Below are positions 13,701 through 23,400 of a DNA stretch of 64,000 bases, one piece after another. The notes under the pieces are model-generated. The model was not told the DNA's origin and ran no database searches. It was given only the letters and a program-made list of their open reading frames with translations. Numbering within the stretch: the stretch's first letter is position 1; each line of letters starts with the position of its first letter. Made by a program: the position numbers and the translations under genes. This DNA is from Pavona decussata (lineage: Eukaryota), in the NCBI GenBank assembly GCA_977016875.1, contig CDRNST010000006.1, positions 4,278,001 to 4,342,000 on the forward strand, in the 5' to 3' direction.

Positions 13701-14631
13701 GAAAGCGCCGACATTTTTTGTCATTCTAGCAGCGATCATATGTTATGTTTTCGTGCACTGTAAACCAAGCAACACTCTCAAATGACTTAGCCGCCGAAGA
13801 AGATGCAGTCGTGATGAAATGCGCCGAAAGTTGATAAAAGATTTGTAATCGACCAGTTTGCGTGGTGACTCATCGGACGTTTAATGTAAACAACCGGCTC
13901 AAACTTATGCGACGAACGACCAGAGAATCGTGCTAAAATGGCATTTGGACCTGACTTCTACCATATTATAAGGTTAGAACATCTCGAAATGTTTTTCTAT
14001 GTGCTTATTTTAACCTAATATGGGTCAAGACATGAACACGGACTAAAAATTATGTCTGACCCACGACTTCAAAGTTTACCGCGGGGGGGGCAAATATTTG
14101 CATTTTGTACCGACTTTGAAAAGCTCTCACGTCGCTCTTCATCATTTGCCCAAAGAAACTTTTACAACAATGTATAGACCATCCTTCTAACATTCAACCA
14201 CCAGAAGCTAAATCGATTTGAAGGTTTCGCACATGGTGAAAATTAATTTTATTCACGAAGTACTTTTACTGCAGTGAATTGTATGCCTTCGAAATTAAAT
14301 TATTTCGCATACACAGAACAACGCAATATTTCCCAAAATCATTCCAACATATATTTAAAGAAAGTAAGAAAAGATTTTAGTGTTTTAAAAGCGGTAGAAT
14401 GATTTGTTCTCGCACGCGAGGCTCTCAAACCCGTGTAACAATTAAGCGCCTGAAATGACGATTTTAACGGATTTTCGTTATTTGCATTTTTCTTTGAAAT
14501 AAAAGGATATTTCACCGAAAAAACTATACAGTGATTTTAGTTATATCCTAGCCTATCTGACATTAAAATATGAAAGAAATCGAATTTTCCACCCTTGCCA
14601 CGATATGTTTGATTTTTACGGACAGGCGCTC
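10776..14631. mobile_element. Non-autonomous Sola3-type element with ~1.25-kb TIRs
   Basis: TTAA TSD (10772-10775, 14632-14635), GAGCGCCTGTC...GACAGGCGCTC termini and inverted repeat ~10776-12040 / 13381-14631. The interior appears non-coding. Confidence 0.8.
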
Positions 14632-14904
14632 TTAAGATGCGTTGGCGCCGTTAATAATTACCAACTGTCACACTTGTTTAGTCGGATCACAGGTCATGTC
14701 TCATTTCACTCAGGTGTCAATGTCACGTCTAATCCCAAAGAAAAGCCCCTCTTTTCTCTATCATAGTATTTCCTGACCTTACTCTCTTGTGATGAACTGT
14801 AACTGGAGTATTGGTAATGACTAGCATATTCCTTCAGCTTAGAAAGTCTCAAAATGTGCTCAATTTCTGTAGCCACCTTTTTGAAAATCAGCTCAGATAT
14901 AAAC

Positions 14905-14948
14905 ATGTATATATATATATGTATATGTATATACATGCATACATACAT
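14905..14948. repeat. (TA)n/(TACA)n microsatellite
   Basis: atgtatatatatatatgtatatgtatatacatgcatacatacat. Confidence 0.8.
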
Positions 14949-15485
14949 TCAGGGAAGGTTTACTTTGTTTAAGCATTAGGGTTACCGTTAAGGAATCGGG
15001 GTATCTTCCGAGAGATCCTTTATGTGTGCGTTTTTTTATAGAACCACGGACAACTATAAATCATTTTTAAGCTAATAAAATGTAGAATCCGAAAATAAAA
15101 CTAGTTCATTTTTATTGTTTCAATAAGCGCGCACGAGCCTTCAAACACAAACCTGGCGATGTTCACTTGACTGAATTATGAGCCTTTGCATTAATGTGAA
15201 CATCCAGAAAAACTGGATTTTATCAATCACAATATGATAAACTACAAAAGGGTGTGAGGCCTTTTCGATATTCTTATTGGTTCCCGAGAAAAGCAATTGT
15301 AAAGTTGGCCAAAAGAAAATTTACATATGCTGGGCACGCGCTAGGGCGTCACGATAAAAATATTTTGAATTTCGCAAAACCCTGACACGCTTTTGTAGCT
15401 AAATGTCTGACCAACATGCTGGCCAAATTTCACCAAAATCCATCATATCTTCATACCCTATTAATTCATTTAAAGAAAGGTAATT

Positions 15486-15549
15486 CTTGAATTCCCGGCA
15501 CCCAAAAAACTGACAACCAGAAATGCGGTGCGGGATAAGCAGACAATTC
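15486..15549 (-). repeat. Split direct repeat B2 (64 bp; matches B1 at 15982-16045)
   Basis: cttgaattccc(g/c)gcacccaaaaaactgacaaccagaaatgcggtgcgggataagcagacaattc occurs twice with one mismatch. Confidence 0.95.
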
Positions 15550-15763
15550 TTAGCCCATTTATTGAACTAACCAACTAATCACAAGAAAAAAACAACTGTT
15601 TAGACACCAAAAAATTAAACAAACTCTATATGTTCGATGCGGCCAAAGTAAATTGAATAAACAAAACCACTTATAATGACTGTCAATCATCAGGAAAGCA
15701 CAACTAAAAATCGTTACGAGGAAATGGATTACAGGATTCCAACCAAAAAATAAAAAAGAACAA

Positions 15764-16045
15764 AATTTAACTGTCCACTTGTAAAAATCTACAATGAAAC
15801 TTGTTTACTGTTCAGTGAATATATACTTGCTAGTTTACATATCAGACTTTTTTCCCATAATCTCACGCCGGCACTTAAAACACACTGCCGACAAATGCAC
15901 TTGTGCTTGGGAATTCAAGAAACCATTTATCTTTTGTTTCATTACGCTTCGCTACATTCAGGCAAAGATAAATGAACAATTCTTGAATTCCCCGCACCCA
16001 AAAAACTGACAACCAGAAATGCGGTGCGGGATAAGCAGACAATTC
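15764..16045 (-). repeat. Internal A2+B1 repeat junction
   Basis: The 218-bp A2 (near-identical to 27678-27895) directly abuts the 64-bp B1. Confidence 0.95.
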
Positions 16046-16310
16046 ACAATCAGTGGCAAAAGCATATAAGGATACAATATAAGGCAATGTTCATTAAGCA
16101 AACATATTTACAGTATAATAGACAGCTAATCGGTTGGATACCGTAAGGGTACTGTCCAAAAATTGTTAAGCATATCCACCTGCGGCAAGGATTCTGTGTC
16201 ATCGAGCAACGTTAAGCCATCAGAATTAATTGGGCAAATGTAAATCCCTCCATACTGCAACAAACAACACAACTCGCGCAATGTTTATCAAGCAAATCAC
16301 ATACTGAAAA

Positions 16311-17315
16311 TTAAAGAGCCAAATTTCTAGATACCACAAGGGTATTTTCCAAAGATTCATCGACATAACCATCTGCGGCTTGGATACTGCGCCAACCACC
16401 ATGTCTACGCCATACTCTCCGAGAAACTCCGCTGCGTGCTGCTTGGGAAGCACCACCTGAACGAAGGCTATGTAAACCAAATTCGTTCGAGTCCAAACCA
16501 AGTTCGGAAATCATTTGACGAAACTGTTCCCGTGCCCGAGAATATGACAGAGCAGCTTGTCGCAGCTTGTACCCGGCACACAATTTCTGGCAGAGACAAA
16601 ATAAAGACTGGGATGGTTGATGCTCTCCGCGCCCAAGGAATAACTCTAACAGTTTCACTGGACAAGAGCTGGAAGGTAAACGAGCAACTTTAACCACAGA
16701 TCCCTGACGGAATTGATCGTTCTTACGCCTGTCTAGGAAAATAGACATGTGGGTGGCGCAAAACCTTAAGTCACAGGCACGTAAGTCACGCAGCTCTGAC
16801 CAACGTAGGAAAGCACAAAAACCAAGCGCAACCAGCGACACCATTTGTAGGTTCGGTAGAGAAGCACGAGGGTGACCATAGGAACGAATCAGCGCCCTGA
16901 TGTGATGAGATTCAATAGGCTGCTTTTTCTTAGATGGACCAGCCAGGAGGCGTTTTAAGCCAGCCAAGGTCTGAGAAACGAGCGGATCGTTGACAGGATT
17001 AGGACATCCAAGCTGCTTATGTAGCCATGCAATGCCATAAGCTGCTCCAAGGATTGACGAGCGAGATAAGCCTCGGTCAGAAAGACTTGTTAAGTAGAGA
17101 GCAACTGCGGTTGGGTTAGACTGTAAAGGAGGAAACGTGTAACACTTGCACCAGTCAATCCATCGATTGGCTGCCCCTGCATACGAAGACACGGTTGAAA
17201 CGGCACAGTCATTAAGTATGACAGTCTTTAACAGTTCTACAAGCCTCTGAATCTCCGCGTTGTTCCGTTGGTAAGGCGACAAGCCTAAAGTGAAAATCAA
17301 CAATGTCCAAAACAT
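16311..17315 (-). CDS. Tyrosine recombinase (phage-integrase family) of the PAT-like element
   Basis: Open 334-aa ORF with FLRWSEL (R), RKNDQ (K), HSLRSGG (HxxR), HGGW and GYV (Y). The true 5' end may be spliced. Confidence 0.92.
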   Translation of the reverse strand: MFWTLLIFTLGLSPYQRNNAEIQRLVELLKTVILNDCAVSTVSSYAGAANRWIDWCKCYTFPPLQSNPTAVALYLTSLSDRGLSRSSILGAAYGIAWLHKQLGCPNPVNDPLVSQTLAGLKRLLAGPSKKKQPIESHHIRALIRSYGHPRASLPNLQMVSLVALGFCAFLRWSELRDLRACDLRFCATHMSIFLDRRKNDQFRQGSVVKVARLPSSSCPVKLLELFLGRGEHQPSQSLFCLCQKLCAGYKLRQAALSYSRAREQFRQMISELGLDSNEFGLHSLRSGGASQAARSGVSRRVWRRHGGWRSIQAADGYVDESLENTLVVSRNLAL

Positions 17316-17728
17316 GGCACTTTAAAGACAGGAACAACATCCAATTGCTACAGAACACTAAACGCGCAAGAAACACATCGTCTGCAACGAGAAACTGCGC
17401 ACATGGCAAGTTAACACAGCACCAGCACACACTCCAGCACAAGGAGGCTTGGCCCACTCGGCGTCAACTGGTAAGCAAATCCACACAAAGGATAGAGGAG
17501 TCCACTTGACTCTAAAAACGAACGCACTACTGTGTCGACAGTGCCCTCTCGGCTAGCTTCAGCTGCACAACTCGTGCGTACTAGTACAGTTCCAAGTCCA
17601 CTGACTTGCAAAGAGCAAAGGCCCACACCTAGGCCAAAGAGACTCAGATAGAACAAAAACAAATAATTAGGATGAACAACTCGTTCAAGGTACTCATCTA
17701 ATACCCGAAAAAACGTTCTACAGCAAAA

Positions 17729-19705
17729 CTAAGGAAACACAATTCTCAAAGCAAATACTCTACACGAGGGAATACCATGCCGGAAAAGATCCGCGGCTGC
17801 GGAACCAGGGAGAAAAGTAGATTCATGTAAAGGAATCTCCCGCCAGTCAAGAACAAAAGGGTGGAAAACCCCGGGGCTTGGAGACACCAACGGCCACCAA
17901 TGAGCAGACTGCCGAAAGGGGATAATGAGAGTGCCGTGCTCTCTACCCAGCTTCATGTGATTGATAACCCTGGGAATAAGGAACACTGGGGGGACCAACC
18001 AATTGTTTTCCCCTCCCCAGCTGACGGTAAAAGCATCAACAGTTTCGGTCCCAGGATACCACCACTGAGAACAAAACCTGGGCAACTGGAAAGAATTATG
18101 ACTCGCAAAATGATCTACAGTGTGGGGTCCCCACAGAATATCCAACTGGCGAAAATGGACAGGGTTGAGCATCCAATCATCAGTGTCGACAACTTTCGAC
18201 CAATAATCAGCTTTGAAATTAAAGTAGCGAGGTATCCACTCCGCAGAAAAGCGAATACCGGCTTCATGGCACAAATTGTAAATGGCAACCGCTTCTTTTT
18301 GCAAATGAGGCTTACTACTGCCGACGGACAAAATACTGCAGACGCTCTGATTGTCAGATCTATGCTTGCACTCCTTACCCGCCAAAAGACCGGAAAACGA
18401 CTGAAGAACAAATCTAATTGCACCAATCTCGCGGAAAGAAGAGCTGCATAGGGCCTCGGAACCCAACCAGTTCCCTCTAGCGATGTGCGTACCAAATTGA
18501 ACAATAAATCCCGCCCAACGCACATTGCTGGCATCCGAATAAGACAAAAGCTCTATCTTCGGGGAGGGCCTCCAGATTGGTTTGCCGCACAAACGAAAGA
18601 AATTATCTCTCCAAAAATTGAGTTCCTCTACGGCTTCACGCGTTAAAGCCACCTTGCAGCTAAGGCAATGAACTCTATTAAGGACTGCGTACAAGGCTCG
18701 GGTGCGCAAACGCACAATTGGACCTAAAGCGAGCTCCATGGAAATAAGGGTACCCGTAATACGAGACACATCCCTAGCCGTGGGTGAAACATCGTCAAGA
18801 AGCAGTGAAATCAGATTAAACAGGTGATCAATTTTGCCTGGTGGGATACTAAATTCTCCTTTGGTAAGGTCCAAAATAAAGCCTAAGTGCTCCCCTTTTT
18901 GGCGCGGTTCAAAATTGCTCTTCTCCTCATTCACTAGCAGGCCAAGGCGATCAAGATCGCCTCGCACAAGTTGAGCTTCCTGAGAACACGAATCTTTACT
19001 TGAATTGGTGCCGATACCGTCGTCCAAATAGACAGAAATCCTAATGCCTGTTGACCGCCAGTGTGAAACAACTGGTCTTAACAATTTGGTGAAAATGTAA
19101 GGAGACGTACTTAAACCAAAAGGAAGCAAACAAAACAAAAAATAGCGTGGCTTACCATCGAAAGTAAACGAAAAAGCCAAATACTTCCAATGCTCTTGAA
19201 AAATGTCAACATGATGGTAGCCATTACGAAGATCGAAAGTAAAAAACCAATCACCTGGCTGAAGAATTTCCGCCACGACTCGAAGGTCTTTAAACTTAAA
19301 CTTACGCTTGGCTAGGTGCTTGTTAAGAAAGCGAAGGTCGAGAATCAGTCGAAGTTTGCCATTCTTTTTAGGAACTACACCTAAGGGACTGCAAACATGA
19401 ACTTGGTCACGCTTGACTTCCACCGCGCTACCCGCCAACAACAATTGCTCGATAGCTTCACAAACAAAAGCTCTATTATCAACAGCGCTTTTATGATTAC
19501 TTAAGAAATACCTCAATGGAATTGAAACAAATGGTAACTTATAACCGCTTTCAATAACACTAAGAACAAAAGAAGAGGCCCCAACAGAACGCCAAACATG
19601 CAAAAACTTGCGCAAGCGGCCTCGAATCCAAAATACTGAGGAAACGCCCGTGTCAAGTTCAGCCTCGCCGCGATCCGAAAATTCGTCAAAATCAGAGTCA
19701 GCTAG
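17729..19705 (-). CDS. pol: Reverse transcriptase - RNase H - methyltransferase-like Pol of the PAT-like element
   Basis: Motifs LRLILDLR, FDLRNGYHH, LPFGL and YLDD; RNase H YSDAS/REI/SDNQ/ADYWSK; C-terminal DHFAS..DAFTVSW..LVPP. The frame is open from 19705, immediately after the gag TGA. Confidence 0.93.
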   Translation of the reverse strand, partial: LADSDFDEFSDRGEAELDTGVSSVFWIRGRLRKFLHVWRSVGASSFVLSVIESGYKLPFVSIPLRYFLSNHKSAVDNRAFVCEAIEQLLLAGSAVEVKRDQVHVCSPLGVVPKKNGKLRLILDLRFLNKHLAKRKFKFKDLRVVAEILQPGDWFFTFDLRNGYHHVDIFQEHWKYLAFSFTFDGKPRYFLFCLLPFGLSTSPYIFTKLLRPVVSHWRSTGIRISVYLDDGIGTNSSKDSCSQEAQLVRGDLDRLGLLVNEEKSNFEPRQKGEHLGFILDLTKGEFSIPPGKIDHLFNLISLLLDDVSPTARDVSRITGTLISMELALGPIVRLRTRALYAVLNRVHCLSCKVALTREAVEELNFWRDNFFRLCGKPIWRPSPKIELLSYSDASNVRWAGFIVQFGTHIARGNWLGSEALCSSSFREIGAIRFVLQSFSGLLAGKECKHRSDNQSVCSILSVGSSKPHLQKEAVAIYNLCHEAGIRFSAEWIPRYFNFKADYWSKVVDTDDWMLNPVHFRQLDILWGPHTVDHFASHNSFQLPRFCSQWWYPGTETVDAFTVSWGGENNWLVPPVFLIPRVINHMKLGREHGTLIIPFRQSAHWWPLVSPSPGVFHPFVLDWREIPLHESTFLPGSAAADLFRHGIPSCRVFALRIVFP

Positions 19706-19803
19706 TCACTTAGCGGAAGAGGAAACTTTACAATCCTTGATAAAATGGCCTGCTTTGCCACAACCAAAGCAGCGATACACAGAAGTTTTTTCTCCGGTAC
19801 GGG
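19706..19803 (-). pseudogene. gag: 3' end of PAT-like gag with CCHC zinc knuckle
   Basis: Manual translation gives RTGEKTSVYRCFGCGKAGHFIKDCKVSSSAK* (CX2CX4HX4C). It is not in the ORF track. Confidence 0.85.
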
Positions 19804-20174
19804 TGTATAAGCTCCAATTAGCTTATTGAACAGAAGATTTAATCTTTTACTGATGAGATACACACGAGTTTTATAAACATACACAAGCGCGCGGTTCTAA
19901 AATAAAAACAAAAATAGCGGTAACTAGAGTGATACCGAAACGAAATGAAGCTAAATAGACGAAATAAATGCAAATAAACAAAAATACAAGTTGTTTACCT
20001 CATACAGTAAGAGAATCCCGGTAAAAGAAGCAAAATGCACTGATAAATATAACCTCTGATATAAACTTTCCTATAGAGCACATGGCAAGTAAAAAAAAAA
20101 AAAAACAAAGGCGCTACTGAAGAATCATGGGAAAGCAGGCCCGCAATACTTGCAAAGTACGAATAGATCCTACA
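19804..20174 (-). repeat. BEL 3' LTR (371 bp)
   Basis: By eye it differs from the 5' LTR by 3 substitutions and a 2-nt poly-A length change. It is preceded on the minus strand by GGGGCCGG at the PPT position. Confidence 0.95.
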
Positions 20175-20437
20175 CCGGCCCCGAAAGACCAACTAGATAA
20201 GCTAGTGGCCTTTAAATACACAAGGATCTATGTTCATCTGTCCACCGCAGACTTAGTCAATGTAAATAACAATCCATATCACTCTTTTGGCCCGCATGCC
20301 AAGTAAAAAAATAATCACCAAAGGGCGAGTTCAGTGGTGACTAAACCTACGACAAATTCGACTATCCATTTTGTTTGTTCGTTTTGGACACATCCGATCA
20401 CAGTTAACTTGAAACACAGTTTCTTGGTCAATCACTC

Positions 20438-23400
20438 TTAAATGGGTTCAGGACGCAACAGGTCTCCTTCCAGGAGGCAGAGTTTCCTGACATCACGCCG
20501 AAAGCGCTTTGCACTAGCTGTACGTACAACAACTTGTCTGACATTTCCCTTTGAATCTGGAAAGACTTCCTCAACCAAACCTAGTGGCCAACGGCCTCGT
20601 GGTGACCCTTCGTCTACAATTAAGACAAGGTCTCCTACTGCTAAATTCCGTTTGGGGTAAAGCCACTTCTGCCTCTCTTGAAGCGTGGGAATGTATTCTT
20701 TGATCCACCTTGCCCAAAACATGTCCGCTATAGTTTGAGCTTGTTTCCACCTCTCACTGGGCTTAGGGTTGTGCACCACTGGTACATCACCTGCAGGGCC
20801 ACATGGGTTCCTATAGCATAGAAGCAAAGTGTTAGGCGTTAGAGCGGAGGGGTCTCGATGGTCATCACACTGACGGGTGAGAGGGCGATCGTTCACTATT
20901 TTCTCCGTCTCGCAACTAACAGTGAGTAAAGTCTCATCTTCAACCAAACGATTCCCAATAAGAGCATTCAAGTGCTTTCTGACAGATCTGATCATGCGTT
21001 CCCACACACCACCTGTGTGACTGGCGCTTGGGGGAGAGAAGTGCCAATCGATGCCTTTAGCCCTCATTTGATCTCTGATTCTCTCTTGGTTCCAAGCTTG
21101 CAAGGCTTGTTTGACTTCAACTTCAGCACCCTTGAAGTTTGTACCATTATCACTAGATAGTTCTCTTGGGGGGCCCCGTCTGCTTAGAAATCGGCACACT
21201 GCTTGAATGAACGAATCCGTTGAAAGGTCCTAGGAGATCTCAATGTGCATTGCCCTGATGGCTAGGCAAGTGAATATGCAGCCATAGCGCTTTGCAGTGC
21301 CTCGTCTCCATTTCACCTTCAAGGGACCAAAATAATCTATGCCAACAGATGAGAATGGTGGCATTCCTGGAGTCACCCGAGCCGCAGGAAGTGGAGCCAT
21401 GATCTGGGTTCCAGGGTTTTGGTTCCGACGACGGCATGGTATGCATCCACTGACAATCCGCTTTACTGTGCTTGGCCCTTTGATGATCCAATACTGTTGG
21501 CGGACAGCAGCCAAGGTTTGATTAGTTCCAGAATGACCGCTTGATTCATGCAGATGACGTACAATAAGCCTTGTTACGTGATGGTCTGATGGCAGAATTG
21601 CAGGGTTCTTCACCTCGCCGCTCAATGGTGTGTTTTCCAGGCGACCACCAACCCTAACAACGCCCCTTTCCACAAATGGATTCAGCTTGGCCAACTGGTT
21701 TGCACTCCTTTTAGTGAATGGATCAAGCATACAACAATCCCTTTGGACCAACCTAACAATTTCTTCCGATGCATCAACGATTTCTTTGACCTCCAACGGC
21801 CCCCTGCTCAACGAAGTTTGACGATGAGAGGACTTCCTCGACTGAAACAGCAAATACTTCTTGAACCTCAACAACCACGCTACCGACTTCTGCAACTTGT
21901 ACCAACATGAGGGTTGGTTGATAAGACGACTAAGAGTTTCCGGGAGTTTCCCATCAGAGACAACTATGGCACCAACCCGAGCAGTTCCTTTCTTTACCTC
22001 TGCGTCTGTTTCTTCAACCTCAGGTAAATCGGATGGTTGTTCTGGCCACTTACGTTCTTCTTCCCATAGAAACTGAGGTCCTCTGAACCAGAAGCGCATC
22101 TGTTGCCGGCCCCGATTGGTCCCTAATTCATGGATGCCTCTGGATGCCAGATCAGCAGGATTCAGGTGCGTTGGTACATGCCTCCACTGGGACGGTGTTG
22201 TGGAATCATGAATCAGCTGCAATCTATTGGCTACAAAGGTCTGGAACCTCCTTGTAGTATTCCTCAAGTATCGTAGCACAACTGTGGAATCCGTCCACAG
22301 CACAACATCGTTGAGGGGTAACTGCAATTCTTCGCGAAGTTGTTTGTCAACCTTTACAGCCAAAGTGGCTGCAGTCAGTTCCAGCCTTGGTACAGTGACT
22401 GTTTTCAGTGGGGCCACCCTGGACTTCCCCATGACCAAGCTACAGTGGATACGATCCTCAACGTCTGTGAATCGTAAATATGATGCAGTCCCATATCCAC
22501 TCACAGAGGCGTCCGCAAAGTGGTGAAGCTCGATGCTCTTAATACCTTTGAATTCTACTGGTTTGTAACACCTGGGTATCTTGACAGAAGGCAACACATG
22601 AAAGCTACTCTCCCAAGCTTTCCATGGTTTTAACACTTGTTCTGGGAGTTCCTCATCCCAGCCATGACCAAGACGACAAAGTTCTTGAAGAATAAGTTTA
22701 GCTGGTAATGCCATAGGTGCAGCCAAGCCAAGGGGGTCATAGACTGAAGCAACATATGATAAGATCCCCCTCCTGGTCTCTGCTTTAACCGTGCCACCTC
22801 CAAATCCAAAACTGTCTTCCTCCACATTCCACTCAACTCCTAGGGCTCTTTCTGTTGGTAGCCTTTCCAAGTTTAGGTCCACTGTGGATGCTCGTTCACT
22901 GGTAGGTACATGATGCATGACGCTCTTCTCATTAGAGACCCACTTAGTCAGTCGAAAGCCACCACGAGCCAATAACACAGGGAGCTCATCAACAAGTTTG
23001 ACCGCTTCCTCCTTCGTGGCAAGAGACTTAAGACAATCATCCACATAAAAATTGTTGCGGACAGTCTCCATAGTGTTCTTGCTGAAGTCCCCTAGGTTGT
23101 CTTCAGCCGTCTTTCTAAGAGCATATGAGCAACAACTCGGAGATGATGTTGCTCCAAAGAGATGAACAACCATTTGGTGGTCGACTGGCTCCTGGTCGAT
23201 GTCCCCTGCTGGCCACCACAGGAACCGTAAGGCTTCGCAATCCTCAGGTTTAACTTTAACCTGGTGAAACATTTTCTCGACGTCCGCCATCAGGGCAACT
23301 CTTTCTTCCCGGAACCTTAGCAGTACTCCGACGAGTGAGTTTGTGAAGTCTGGGCCCTGTAGGAGCTGATCATTTAAAGATGTGTTCTGAAACTTCGCCG

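Noticed and set aside
15794-16009. Duplicated ORF MKLVYCS.. (also at 27708-27959)
   Set aside because: It is an antisense reading of the non-coding A repeats.
16311-17315. Prophage integrase or bacterial contamination
   Set aside because: The recombinase is embedded in a DIRS-order retrotransposon among intron-containing eukaryotic TEs. The YqaJ genes likewise belong to ISL2EU.
21230-21232. Programmed readthrough at the BEL TAG
   Set aside because: It lies inside the integrase catalytic core in a non-leaky context (TAG GAC). A simple nonsense mutation is more parsimonious.
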